Source: Euryarchaeota archaeon UBA58
GTDB lineage: Archaea; Thermoplasmatota; Poseidoniia; Poseidoniales; Thalassarchaeaceae
Direction of reading: 5' to 3'
NCBI GenBank assembly: GCA_002498525.1
Contig: DAHR01000005.1
Coordinates: forward strand, 42,478-106,477
Length of the DNA: 64,000 bases
Shown piece by piece: positions 29,103-38,237 of this stretch. The notes under the pieces were generated by a model. The model made no database searches, was not told the DNA's origin, and saw only the letters and a list, made by a program, of their open reading frames with translations. Position 1 is the stretch's first letter. Every line of letters starts with the position of its first letter. A program made the translations under genes and the position numbers.

Positions 29103-29720
29103 ATGGTGCGTATCACGAAGGTCCACACGGGCGGTGGCGACGGTGGTGAGACGTCTCTGGTCGACGGCAGTCGGGTCGGTAAGGAACACCCTCGGGTCAA
29201 TCTCTTCGGCACCATCGATGAGGCAAATTCGAGCATCGGCATCGTTCGCATGGAACTCTCACGCGCGCCGACTCATGCTCCTGATGGCGGCCGGATGACC
29301 GCTTTCGTCAGCTCCTGCGACACAGCCGATTCGATGCTCGGGGCGATTCAGCAGGAACTCTTCGACGTCGGTGCGGAATGCGCCTGTCCAGTCGGCGGTG
29401 TACCCGAACAGATGTCGATAATCAGCGCGGAGGCAGGAGACCGTTTGGTCGCCGAGATGGACGAGATGCTGCTCGACCTCGAGCCGCTCTCCTCATTCAT
29501 CCTCCCGACCGGCTCCCCGCCAGTCGCAAATCTGCACATCGCGCGCACCGTGGTTCGCCGGGCCGAGCGCGAAGCCTGTGCGATGCGCGATGAGGTTCGC
29601 GCCGAAATCATCAGCTATCTCAATCGACTCTCTGACCATTGCTTCGTCCTCGGCCGCTGGCTGACTGCCAAATCCGGTGGCGAAGAGACGCTTTGGACGC
29701 CTTTGGGAAAGCGAGATTGA
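29103..29720 (+). CDS. pduO: ATP:cob(I)alamin adenosyltransferase, PduO type
   Basis: KVHTGGGDGGETSL, GTIDEANS, FILPTG, RTVVRRAER, YLNRLSD. Confidence 0.92.
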   Translation: MVRITKVHTGGGDGGETSLVDGSRVGKEHPRVNLFGTIDEANSSIGIVRMELSRAPTHAPDGGRMTAFVSSCDTADSMLGAIQQELFDVGAECACPVGGVPEQMSIISAEAGDRLVAEMDEMLLDLEPLSSFILPTGSPPVANLHIARTVVRRAEREACAMRDEVRAEIISYLNRLSDHCFVLGRWLTAKSGGEETLWTPLGKRD

Positions 29721-29779
29721 AAGCAGTTCCCGGCTAGAATCAAGCCGCAATATCTTGCCCAAGAAACGGTACACTGCAT

Positions 29780-30190
29780 TCAAACGGGCACACCATTCGA
29801 CCGAAGATAAGCGCGCGCTTGACGAAGAATCTCCTTCTCTTGGTCGAAGGTCAATTGACCTTCGGCCTCATCAAAATCAAGCCAGAGATAATTCAGATGT
29901 TCATGCGACAGATTAACTGCCAACTCGTCGGTCGAAGCGATGTACCAGAATACCTGCTTCGGAACCAGATTCCCCTTCCTGCTGAAAGTGTATTCCGTCT
30001 TCGAACTCCACCCTCCATCAATCTCTATCCGGCGTATTCCGGTCTCTTCTTGCAACTCGCGCGAGGCGGTTTCGTGGTGGTCTTCGCCAGCCTCGATGTG
30101 GCCCTTCGGAAATGACCAGTGGCCTTGCGGATATTGCAGCAACAGGACGCTGTCGTAATTCACCAGCAGGAAGCCGCAGGAGGTCTCCAT
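29780..30190 (-). CDS. NUDIX hydrolase (Ap4A hydrolase-like)
   Basis: HWSFPKGHIEAGE...ASRELQEETG Nudix box; LSHEH. Confidence 0.9.
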   Translation of the reverse strand: METSCGFLLVNYDSVLLLQYPQGHWSFPKGHIEAGEDHHETASRELQEETGIRRIEIDGGWSSKTEYTFSRKGNLVPKQVFWYIASTDELAVNLSHEHLNYLWLDFDEAEGQLTFDQEKEILRQARAYLRSNGVPV

Positions 30191-30362
30191 AGGTGCAGGT
30201 ATAGGCCTCCCCCATATCTCGATTCTCCTTCTTTTCGTCACAGATTATAAATTGAACAAGGTTGAATCTTGTGAGTCTACCTGATTCGTTCGACTGGAAT
30301 GGGCGGAATGACTTGTTCTTTGTGGCAAACAGATGAAATGCGGGGCGCGGCGCAGTGTGATG

Positions 30363-31361
30363 ATGCCTCACCGCGCCCTCGCCCTCGACATCCGTCGAAT
30401 CGTCACTGATTCGGACCTCGACGGTGTCGTGACCGCAGCGATTCTGCGGCGTTGGTGGCCTGATGCAGAGGTGATTTTCGGTCATCCCGGCGCTTTGAGG
30501 GCTGGGATGCTCGACGATGTCATCGATGGACTGACCGCCGTTTGCGACCTGCCACGCCATCCGGCGTGTGGTTTGAGCATCGACCATCATCAATCGAATG
30601 AGGGGGGTTTAGGTGACGAGTCGACGAACTTCGAAAATTCTGAGATGGTGGTCGTTTGGCGGCCGACCGCCTCAGCCGCTCGTATTGCTTACGATATCAT
30701 CGGCGAGGAGGTTGATCTCAGCGATTTGACTGAGTTGATGGTCTGGGTCGACAAATTGGATGGTGGAGGGGTGACCCGCGATGAATTCCTCTCCGACCAT
30801 CCGATGATCTGGTTGGGGCGAGTCATCGGAGGTTCCGATGAAGTCGCCCTCCACATTCTCGAAGCGATTCAGAATGGGGACGGTGTCGAAGCGATTCTCG
30901 CCTCTGAAACCGTGGCTTCGATAATGACTGAAAAAAAGCGTCGATACGCTCTGGCCGACAAGACGATTGAGGAGCGTCTCGAAATCGTTGACAGGCTCGC
31001 AATCGTGCGATTGGAAGACATGGGCATGCGCTCGAACGGCTATCGTGTGACTGCCACTGCAGGTGATGAGTGCGATGCCTGCATCGTCGTCCATGGCGAT
31101 GTCGGGGCTGACTTCGGTGACGAGGGGCAATATCCTGTATCGGCCTCCTTCTACACCAATTCGTTTCTTCACACGGATGGTGGCATCTACGATTTGACTC
31201 GCCTAGCGACTCGTTTCGATGTCGATGGCGGTGGGCATGCGAATGCCTGCGGCTGTCGGATTCAACCTCTGGAGGATGGCGAGCGGGCTGAGCGTGGTGT
31301 GCTCGCCGAAGACATCGATTCGAACCTCTCTGAATGGCTGGGAATGTGGGCGCAACGGTGA
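30363..31361 (+). CDS. DHH/DHHA1 phosphoesterase (nanoRNase-like)
   Basis: DSDLDG, DLP, IDHH, SAAR, GGGHANACG. Confidence 0.88.
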   Translation: MPHRALALDIRRIVTDSDLDGVVTAAILRRWWPDAEVIFGHPGALRAGMLDDVIDGLTAVCDLPRHPACGLSIDHHQSNEGGLGDESTNFENSEMVVVWRPTASAARIAYDIIGEEVDLSDLTELMVWVDKLDGGGVTRDEFLSDHPMIWLGRVIGGSDEVALHILEAIQNGDGVEAILASETVASIMTEKKRRYALADKTIEERLEIVDRLAIVRLEDMGMRSNGYRVTATAGDECDACIVVHGDVGADFGDEGQYPVSASFYTNSFLHTDGGIYDLTRLATRFDVDGGGHANACGCRIQPLEDGERAERGVLAEDIDSNLSEWLGMWAQR

Positions 31362-31424
31362 GGTTTCCTGGGTCGAACGCAAGGCGTTCAGAACCTTACT
31401 TCGCACTTCGGAAAGCTCGGGTCA

Positions 31425-31895
31425 TCAAAGAATCTGCAGAAGGTAGAGAAATCCGAGAAATGCGTGGATCACGACCAATACCGCCATCACATCAGCGACT
31501 CGTCCGTGCAGATCCCGGGTCTTCGCGAATCGTTCACCTGCTGATTTGAGATCGCGTGTTCTACTGCCCAGTCTCCATAGGTAAATCATCAGGGTGAGGC
31601 CGAGCAGGCCGACCCAGCCGTGGAAATGCCCTGGCTCGAGAATCTCGATGCTGAGTGATTCACCGCCAAGGATGGCTGTCGTTGCTTTGGCGGCGAAGGC
31701 GAGAGTGATTAGGCCGATGACCATCAGCAGCACCCTCGTGCCGGTGCTCTCGTGATGAGTGAGTGATTCCGCTCTCTCAGCCCCCTTGAGTTGGCGGCTG
31801 GCAGCTCGCCATTCGCGCTGCTTCATGAATATGCGGATGACGAGCAGTGCTGCGAAAGGGTGCAGTAGGAGAATGGCGGTCCGCATCACCTCCAT
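31425..31895 (-). CDS. Small membrane protein with His-containing TM helices (DUF4079/cytochrome b561-like)
   Basis: LHP, HES.G, HFHGWVG, DLHG, HAFLG within 4 TM segments. Confidence 0.65.
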   Translation of the reverse strand: MEVMRTAILLLHPFAALLVIRIFMKQREWRAASRQLKGAERAESLTHHESTGTRVLLMVIGLITLAFAAKATTAILGGESLSIEILEPGHFHGWVGLLGLTLMIYLWRLGSRTRDLKSAGERFAKTRDLHGRVADVMAVLVVIHAFLGFLYLLQIL

Positions 31896-32005
31896 GGCAA
31901 CTGCTCCATCGACGAGGTCTTGAGTCCTCTCTTTCACGCCTTGCGAGGTAAGGCGATGTCTTGATGTATGGAGGTCGTGGGCGAGGCCCGTTGGAGTGAT
32001 TCTGC

Positions 32006-35000
32006 TTGGAGGAATACCTGCTGGAGTGCGTCCTTCGCCTGCAGAGAGCAGGCGAGGATGAGGGGCGGCGCAAGCGCGAGATGCAGAAGCCGAAGGCATG
32101 GTCGCTGCTCTCCATCGAGTGGAAGGCGATGGCCATGCTCGCCGCCACCAAGTCGGCGCCGGATGCGATAGACGCGAACGCCGCTTCTGGGAGATCGGCG
32201 AGAGGACATAGGCAGAGAATCGGGCGACGTGGTGGACGCGTTGCCATGGCCAGCCTCGAAGAGCGCTTGGCGAATCCAAGAGATGTGCTCACCTCGGATG
32301 CTTCTTCTGCCTACAGACTCGCTGTATTGATCGCTCAGAAACATCGGATGGGCGATTCCTGGTCCGGACTATGGGATGATGATATGGCTGCTCTGCGCAC
32401 TGAGTGCGAGGCAGGAGTCCATCCGGTCTGGGAGCGAATGGCCAGAGAAGCTCCATTGATAGCGGAATTGGGAAGATTTCCCACTGTCATGACTCAGATG
32501 TCGAGCGTGGATTCGGCATCTTGGATCGAGGCTGCCCGCTTCGATCCTGTCGATCACAACGCACTGCTAGCATGGCTGGATGCCTGCCCTCTGAGATTCG
32601 ATCAGCATCAGGCTCACGCTCTCCAGAGAATCGTCAGGGATCTGCTTGGCGGAAAGGCTCGACCCTCTCGCTGGGAGAAGTGGATGAATCCTTCTCTTCT
32701 CGGCATGAATGGCGATGCGGCTCTACTCGAAGCGATGCTCTTCGCAGCCGCCTCGAATCAGCGAGCTGCCGATGTCTTCGAATCATTCGAAAGTCCTGGA
32801 CTGCGAGGCGTTTCTTCCTCTCATCTGCTGCTCCTGGAAGTCAGAGGTGGTGAGGCGAACAGGTGGTCTGAGGCGGCTGATCGAGAAGGCGAAGATCCCC
32901 TATCCATTGCGATTCGACTTGAAGCATGGGCGAGTTTCTCAGATGATGCTGCAGATCGAGGCATCGAGAGTCTGATTTCCGGTCACCGTATTCTCTCAGA
33001 TGCTTCAAGATCCTCTCCGACTGCTCTGCGCTGGCGAATCGTCAACGTACTCGCGGATGCGGGTAGAGTGGAAGAGAGTGCAGAATTCATTCAGGGACTC
33101 GAGATAACGAATGCCGAGCAGATGATGGGTGCTCTCGCCATCCTCAGAGCATCGGGTCACGCTGGACTCGAAGATACCATTATCTCGACGCTTTCGAACT
33201 CGGAAGATGGGCTGGTTCTCTCCGTGATGCTCGATGAGGCTTCGCCTCTGAACATCAGAAAGAAATCAGCTGAGATTCTCTCACTCCACGGTTCACAAGC
33301 CATAGAGGAGATTCTTGAGGTCTTCACACTGGCTGCCGACATAGATGGACTCAGCAGGGAGATTCTGGCCGATCCGAAGTTAGCGGCCAGATTCCCACAG
33401 CGCGCTCTACTGGTCTGGCATCTGATTCCTGCCAGCAGGGCGGTCTCCGTACTCGATAGCCTCGAGGCTGCCCGTCGTCTGGCGATCCTCTCTCTCTCTG
33501 GGAGTCAGACGGACTCTGCACTCTCGAATTCCGCCTCGGCTCTCATAGCCCTTCTCAGCGGCATACCATCAGAGATGGATTCGGTACACGAGAAATTGGA
33601 TTCCGACGGCGTTCTGGCTCTCAATGAAGTTCGCCGTGCACTCTCAACGAGGGGTGACGGTGTGGTTCGTGAGAACCGCATAGAGGCTCTCGAGCAATCG
33701 GTTCTCAATGCCGAATTGACCTATCTTGAACGAAATCTGTTCATGGCACTCCTCGACTCTCTGAGATTGAATCGGGCGACGATGGATCTGCAGAGCGGAG
33801 TTGACGAGCGCATGGTTTCGGCTCTGGCGGCGCTCAATCTGCTCTGTGCGAAACAAGGGGTCGCTATGCGCACGATTCAAGGATCCAGCGAACTGGTCTT
33901 GGAACACAATGCTGCCATCGTCAGTCTCGAAGAATGGTACCGCAGCCACGACAGTGGTTCTGCGGCGCACCAAATCGTTCGAGCCACGATAGCGCGTGAG
34001 AAAGGCGACAGGATCAATGCCGCTCGCGCCTATCGCGACGCGGCCATGAAGGCTAGAGAAGACTTCGAGAGATCGGCTCTGTTGCTGCGTAAATCACTCA
34101 TCGAATTCGCTCACGCGGGTGGCTGGAAGGAAGCGATCAATCTCATCGACAACCACCCGGAATTGACCGCCTCGGTGACCTCGCGCTTCCAGCTCTACCT
34201 CAGGACCTGCGCCGATACCGTCGTCGGCAAGAACGCCATCGCGACTCAACGAATCATCGAATACATCGCCGCCAGAGAACCCGATGATCCAGACATCGAA
34301 GGAATCGACAGGGCGGCGGTGAAGAGGAGGCTCGAAGCCCTCGATCGTGCGCTCAATTACGCTGCTGATCATCGACTGCCGGAGGACCCCTTCAACGGTC
34401 GCGTTCGAGCTGCGCAGAGGAGGCTGCGCAGATCGGATTCCTCGAGACGCAGCAATCTCGAGGGCCGATTCCTACTCGAACTCAATGAGAAGAAGGATGT
34501 GCTGGAAATCACCTTAATCGCAGAGGAAGTCGCCGAGATTTCCCCGATTCGCGCCCTGCGAATGTTTGAGACCGCCATCGAATCAGAAAACTTCGACCTT
34601 CGTCAGATGCAGATTCTCGTGCGCTCACAGAAAGCGATGTTCCAGCGCCACAGCAGAACCATCGCTGTATCGCACCGCAGAAGCCTGAATCACCTCGCCC
34701 TCCAACCTCTTGTTCTGATCGACACCAACATCCTCATCGATGCACTGAAGGACGATCTTCTCCAACAAATCGCACAGGATAGCATCGGTTCATTCGATTG
34801 GACCGTCGAGCGCGCCTTCGTCTGGATGCTGCGCCGCAGGAATCAGGAAGGTCGAGTTCTGCTCTGCATTCCTCCGGCTGCGCAGAGTGAATTCCTCAAT
34901 CGAGCCAAGAATCCTGATTCCGCCCTCGCTCTCTTCAACGATATCTACATCGATCGCGCGGTCTGGAAGAAGAAGATCACTCGCGAACTGCTACAGGAAC

Positions 35001-35377
35001 GAGTAGAAGCCATCTGCAATTCCTTCGGCGGCTTCCATCTCAAGGCCGATAAGCCAGCGAAATCGGAAATCGACCTAGATTCATTCCTCGTCCGCCACAA
35101 GCACATCTTCGAACGTATAACCGAACAGAAAATGCTGTCTCGTGACGACCCCCCCCCACGGACGATCATCGACGGTGATGATATCTATCCCGAACCAGGC
35201 GATTGCGATATCATGCAGGAGTCGGCGGTGCACGCCAATTCGATGATTCCGGACGTGGGCTGTGTCCTCGTCGCCACTCGTGACACGGATTTCATGCTCA
35301 TCGCTAGAGCGCTACAGGATAGTTTCGGATTCGGGGTCATCTGGACGGCTTCGCAACTCAACCACCACGTCCTATGA
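32006..35377 (+). CDS. Large alpha-helical (TPR/ARM-like) protein with C-terminal PIN domain
   Basis: 1123-aa ORF; PIN motifs LVLIDTNILID, AQSEF, PGDCDI, VATRDTDF from about 34710 onward. Confidence 0.78.
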   Translation: MEEYLLECVLRLQRAGEDEGRRKREMQKPKAWSLLSIEWKAMAMLAATKSAPDAIDANAASGRSARGHRQRIGRRGGRVAMASLEERLANPRDVLTSDASSAYRLAVLIAQKHRMGDSWSGLWDDDMAALRTECEAGVHPVWERMAREAPLIAELGRFPTVMTQMSSVDSASWIEAARFDPVDHNALLAWLDACPLRFDQHQAHALQRIVRDLLGGKARPSRWEKWMNPSLLGMNGDAALLEAMLFAAASNQRAADVFESFESPGLRGVSSSHLLLLEVRGGEANRWSEAADREGEDPLSIAIRLEAWASFSDDAADRGIESLISGHRILSDASRSSPTALRWRIVNVLADAGRVEESAEFIQGLEITNAEQMMGALAILRASGHAGLEDTIISTLSNSEDGLVLSVMLDEASPLNIRKKSAEILSLHGSQAIEEILEVFTLAADIDGLSREILADPKLAARFPQRALLVWHLIPASRAVSVLDSLEAARRLAILSLSGSQTDSALSNSASALIALLSGIPSEMDSVHEKLDSDGVLALNEVRRALSTRGDGVVRENRIEALEQSVLNAELTYLERNLFMALLDSLRLNRATMDLQSGVDERMVSALAALNLLCAKQGVAMRTIQGSSELVLEHNAAIVSLEEWYRSHDSGSAAHQIVRATIAREKGDRINAARAYRDAAMKAREDFERSALLLRKSLIEFAHAGGWKEAINLIDNHPELTASVTSRFQLYLRTCADTVVGKNAIATQRIIEYIAAREPDDPDIEGIDRAAVKRRLEALDRALNYAADHRLPEDPFNGRVRAAQRRLRRSDSSRRSNLEGRFLLELNEKKDVLEITLIAEEVAEISPIRALRMFETAIESENFDLRQMQILVRSQKAMFQRHSRTIAVSHRRSLNHLALQPLVLIDTNILIDALKDDLLQQIAQDSIGSFDWTVERAFVWMLRRRNQEGRVLLCIPPAAQSEFLNRAKNPDSALALFNDIYIDRAVWKKKITRELLQERVEAICNSFGGFHLKADKPAKSEIDLDSFLVRHKHIFERITEQKMLSRDDPPPRTIIDGDDIYPEPGDCDIMQESAVHANSMIPDVGCVLVATRDTDFMLIARALQDSFGFGVIWTASQLNHHVL

Positions 35378-35398
35378 GACAGGTGCCACGAGCAGCGC

Positions 35399-36412
35399 TC
35401 ATGATTCTGGTGTTTCGGGCGCCTCGATGGTTTCGAGCGCTCCGAGCGATTCACCCAGCCGGCTCATGATGACGGTCGCCGACTCGATGCTGGTGACCGT
35501 CTCGACACTTTTTCCCGCCGAGAAGAACTGTTTCTTCTTCGAGGCTGAACCACCTTTCTTGCGGGTCAGGTTACGCAGTTTGAAAAAGGATCGGAGATTG
35601 AGGAACATCCTCGCAGTATGCTTGAAACGACCTGTCAGCAAGCGGCGCATCAACCATGAATTATCCTGCTTGAAATGATTTGAGTGGATGACGGAGATTG
35701 GAATACCTGTCAAGCGATTCGTCCAGACTATATCCTCCTCACCAGCCTCGACGATGGCTTCCTTGTAATCCTCTGGCGAGTTACATTCGGTCGTCGCGAT
35801 GAAGCGCGTTCCCATCTGGACTCCATCGTAACCGATGGCCATCGCCTCGGCCAATTCAACCTCAGAACCTATCCCTCCAGCACATATCAGAGGCAGGCCG
35901 AGGTCAGAAAGTTCGGCGAACATCTCAGCTGACGATTTCGCCCCGAGATGCCCTCCGGCCCTGTCATTGACGCAGATCAGACCGTCGACACCGCATTCGA
36001 TGCCTTTCAGAGCATGCTTGCGGGTCGTGACATCGTGGTAGACATAGCCGCCCTTCGCGTGCACTCGCTCGCATACCCAATCAGGTTTGCCCAGAGAGGT
36101 GACGAAGAAGCGGATGCCCTCATCGAGAGCGATGTCTATCCAATTAGACATCTTGTCGAGATATTTCTTCGAACCCTTCTCGATGAGGGCGTTGAAGCCG
36201 ATCGGTTTGTCGGTCAGAGAGCGCATCAGTCGAATGCCTTCGCGTAGATCATGGCCATGGACGAAAGTCAGTGACACCGGTTGCATGATGGCGAGGCCGC
36301 CGCCGGCAGAGGCTGCGGCCACGAGTTCGGGATTCGAGCACGGATACATCGCACCGCAGATGATTGGATGTTCGACTCCAGCGTGCTCGGTGAAGCGTGT
36401 GCTCATGGCCAT
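35399..36412 (-). CDS. Nitronate monooxygenase / FabK-like flavin oxidoreductase
   Basis: PII.GAM, AGGHLG, ICAGGIG, GVQMGTRFIATTEC, AGKSV. Confidence 0.9.
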   Translation of the reverse strand: MAMSTRFTEHAGVEHPIICGAMYPCSNPELVAAASAGGGLAIMQPVSLTFVHGHDLREGIRLMRSLTDKPIGFNALIEKGSKKYLDKMSNWIDIALDEGIRFFVTSLGKPDWVCERVHAKGGYVYHDVTTRKHALKGIECGVDGLICVNDRAGGHLGAKSSAEMFAELSDLGLPLICAGGIGSEVELAEAMAIGYDGVQMGTRFIATTECNSPEDYKEAIVEAGEEDIVWTNRLTGIPISVIHSNHFKQDNSWLMRRLLTGRFKHTARMFLNLRSFFKLRNLTRKKGGSASKKKQFFSAGKSVETVTSIESATVIMSRLGESLGALETIEAPETPES

Positions 36413-36416
36413 TTTT

Positions 36417-36908
36417 TCACCGCGCCCTGAAATTCCATTTGAATTTCCACTCCGAGACGATATCACCAGAAGCGTCTCGTCCAACCGAATGCAATTCACA
36501 ATCGACGGCTCCACCACTCGACAAAGCCGTCTCAATTGCTTCGCGGGTCTTGCCGACCTCCTCGCAAGTGAAGGTGATACGGCCCTTCGCACGCTTCACG
36601 AAGCGGGCTTCGGTGCCGATCACGAACATTCGTAATCCGCCTTCACAGGCTTGTGAAATCGCGAATGGGGCGGCCCCAGTCGCCAACTCCGCAGCCATTC
36701 CCTGTGCCGCCCAATACATCGTTTTGAAGGGATTCTGCGAGCGCCAGCCACCGGCCAGCGAGGCGATGCAGCGCTCGTCGTCGATGCTGTCCAGACGAAG
36801 CCCTGTGAAAGCTGCACTCGGCATCTTGAGAATGGTAAAAATTCGAAATCGACCACGCTTCGCAAGCCTTCGATATTCGGCATCCAACTTCTCGGCATCG
36901 ATCCCCAT
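36417..36908 (-). CDS. Hot-dog fold thioesterase-like protein (DUF4442/PaaI)
   Basis: QNPFKTMYWAA..MAAE, FVKRAKGRITFTC. Confidence 0.78.
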   Translation of the reverse strand: MGIDAEKLDAEYRRLAKRGRFRIFTILKMPSAAFTGLRLDSIDDERCIASLAGGWRSQNPFKTMYWAAQGMAAELATGAAPFAISQACEGGLRMFVIGTEARFVKRAKGRITFTCEEVGKTREAIETALSSGGAVDCELHSVGRDASGDIVSEWKFKWNFRAR

Positions 36909-36912
36909 CCAC

Positions 36913-37194
36913 TCAACTCGGTGAAGCGGATGACCCGCTGCGGTTCATCAATGAATCCACCAGCTCGCAATAGCGTTCCATCGCTTCTTCGTCCGACGTT
37001 CCACGCAGTCTGCGCCAAGCCCGCCACTTCGCCATGCCGACCATTCCATCAGGAATCGGGTGCGGGCTCTTGGCATCGCCCTCTGTCGCCTGTTTGTAGA
37101 GAGCATAGAGATTGAGAAGAGTAGAATCGTCCGGCTTCTCCTTCAGCCTCCAGACCCGCCGGCTCGACCTCTCAAAGCGCTTGCTCAAGTTCAT
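36913..37194 (-). CDS. Acyl-CoA-binding protein (ACBP)
   Basis: LLNLYALYKQATEGD, AKWRAW..L.G.S.EEAM..Y. Confidence 0.92.
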   Translation of the reverse strand: MNLSKRFERSSRRVWRLKEKPDDSTLLNLYALYKQATEGDAKSPHPIPDGMVGMAKWRAWRRLRGTSDEEAMERYCELVDSLMNRSGSSASPS

Positions 37195-38237
37195 CTCATC
37201 GCCTCCAACCACGCCTCTACCTTCGCCCTGCGGACCGGCATATCCACTCTCGATGTGTGTGGCATATCGTTGAGGACGTGGACTTCGGCCACGTCGCCGA
37301 GATGCTCTTTGAAGAGAGCGAAATGAGCCTCGCCGAGCATCTCGTCCTGACCCGCTTGAATAGCAAGAATCGGCACTTCCGGGAGTCCCCAATAAGGCAA
37401 TTCCGAGGTCGCGTAGCGGACGGAGAGATCGGGGTGGATGCGCTCGTATTCTCGGCGCAGAACATGTCTGACCCAGGGCCGAGCCATGACCATCCTGCCG
37501 GGGAGTTTCTCGTCGATTATCATCGGGAATGAGGTCACTGGAGACTCGAGGACGATGCCCTCAAGGCGGTGTTCCCACCACCCTGAAGGGTAGGCTGCGA
37601 GCCTGATGGTGATGAATCCGCCCATTGAATGCCCGTATATCCACAGTCGCTCGGGAGTGAATCCCAATTGTTTCGGGGCTTCCTCCAGCAGGGCTTCGGC
37701 GTCGGCGATGACTTTCAGCAGGGTCCAATCCATTCGCCCTTGTTGATTGCCCAAGCCTCGTTGGTCCGCTCCTATCACATTGATTCCGAGTGATTGAAGA
37801 TGCTGGCAGCGGGATTCGCCGCGAGCGAGCGACGAAGGATAGCCATGGAGATAGAGAACGAGGTCCTTGCTCGGCTCATCGGCGAGCAGAATGAAGGCTT
37901 GCATCCTCTCCTCACCCCAACCTAGGAAATCGAAGATTTTCCATCGAGAATCGGTCAATGGGACCGGCTCTCTGTAAGGAGTGGTGAAAACCGAGAGATA
38001 GATCTTCCAGTAGATGAAGAGCCAGAAGCCCAGAGGAATCGAGAGGCCGATGAGAATCAGTGCTGCTCGATTCACCCGAATCTGAGGAAAAGCGATTACG
38101 GCGAGGGCTTCGACGAGGAAGAGGGCTGTCAGAACCGTCGGAATGCTCGGAGTCCAGGTGACAGGGGTTTTCGCATAGGCCGCCGCTCTACGGGCTCTCA
38201 AAATCAATCGGTCACGGCGACGGTTGATGACACTCAC
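37191..38237 (-). CDS. Membrane-anchored alpha/beta hydrolase (lipase/esterase)
   Basis: Two N-terminal TM helices; LHGY, GHSMGG nucleophile, GQDEM, PH triad. Confidence 0.85.
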   Translation of the reverse strand: MSVINRRRDRLILRARRAAAYAKTPVTWTPSIPTVLTALFLVEALAVIAFPQIRVNRAALILIGLSIPLGFWLFIYWKIYLSVFTTPYREPVPLTDSRWKIFDFLGWGEERMQAFILLADEPSKDLVLYLHGYPSSLARGESRCQHLQSLGINVIGADQRGLGNQQGRMDWTLLKVIADAEALLEEAPKQLGFTPERLWIYGHSMGGFITIRLAAYPSGWWEHRLEGIVLESPVTSFPMIIDEKLPGRMVMARPWVRHVLRREYERIHPDLSVRYATSELPYWGLPEVPILAIQAGQDEMLGEAHFALFKEHLGDVAEVHVLNDMPHTSRVDMPVRRAKVEAWLEAMR

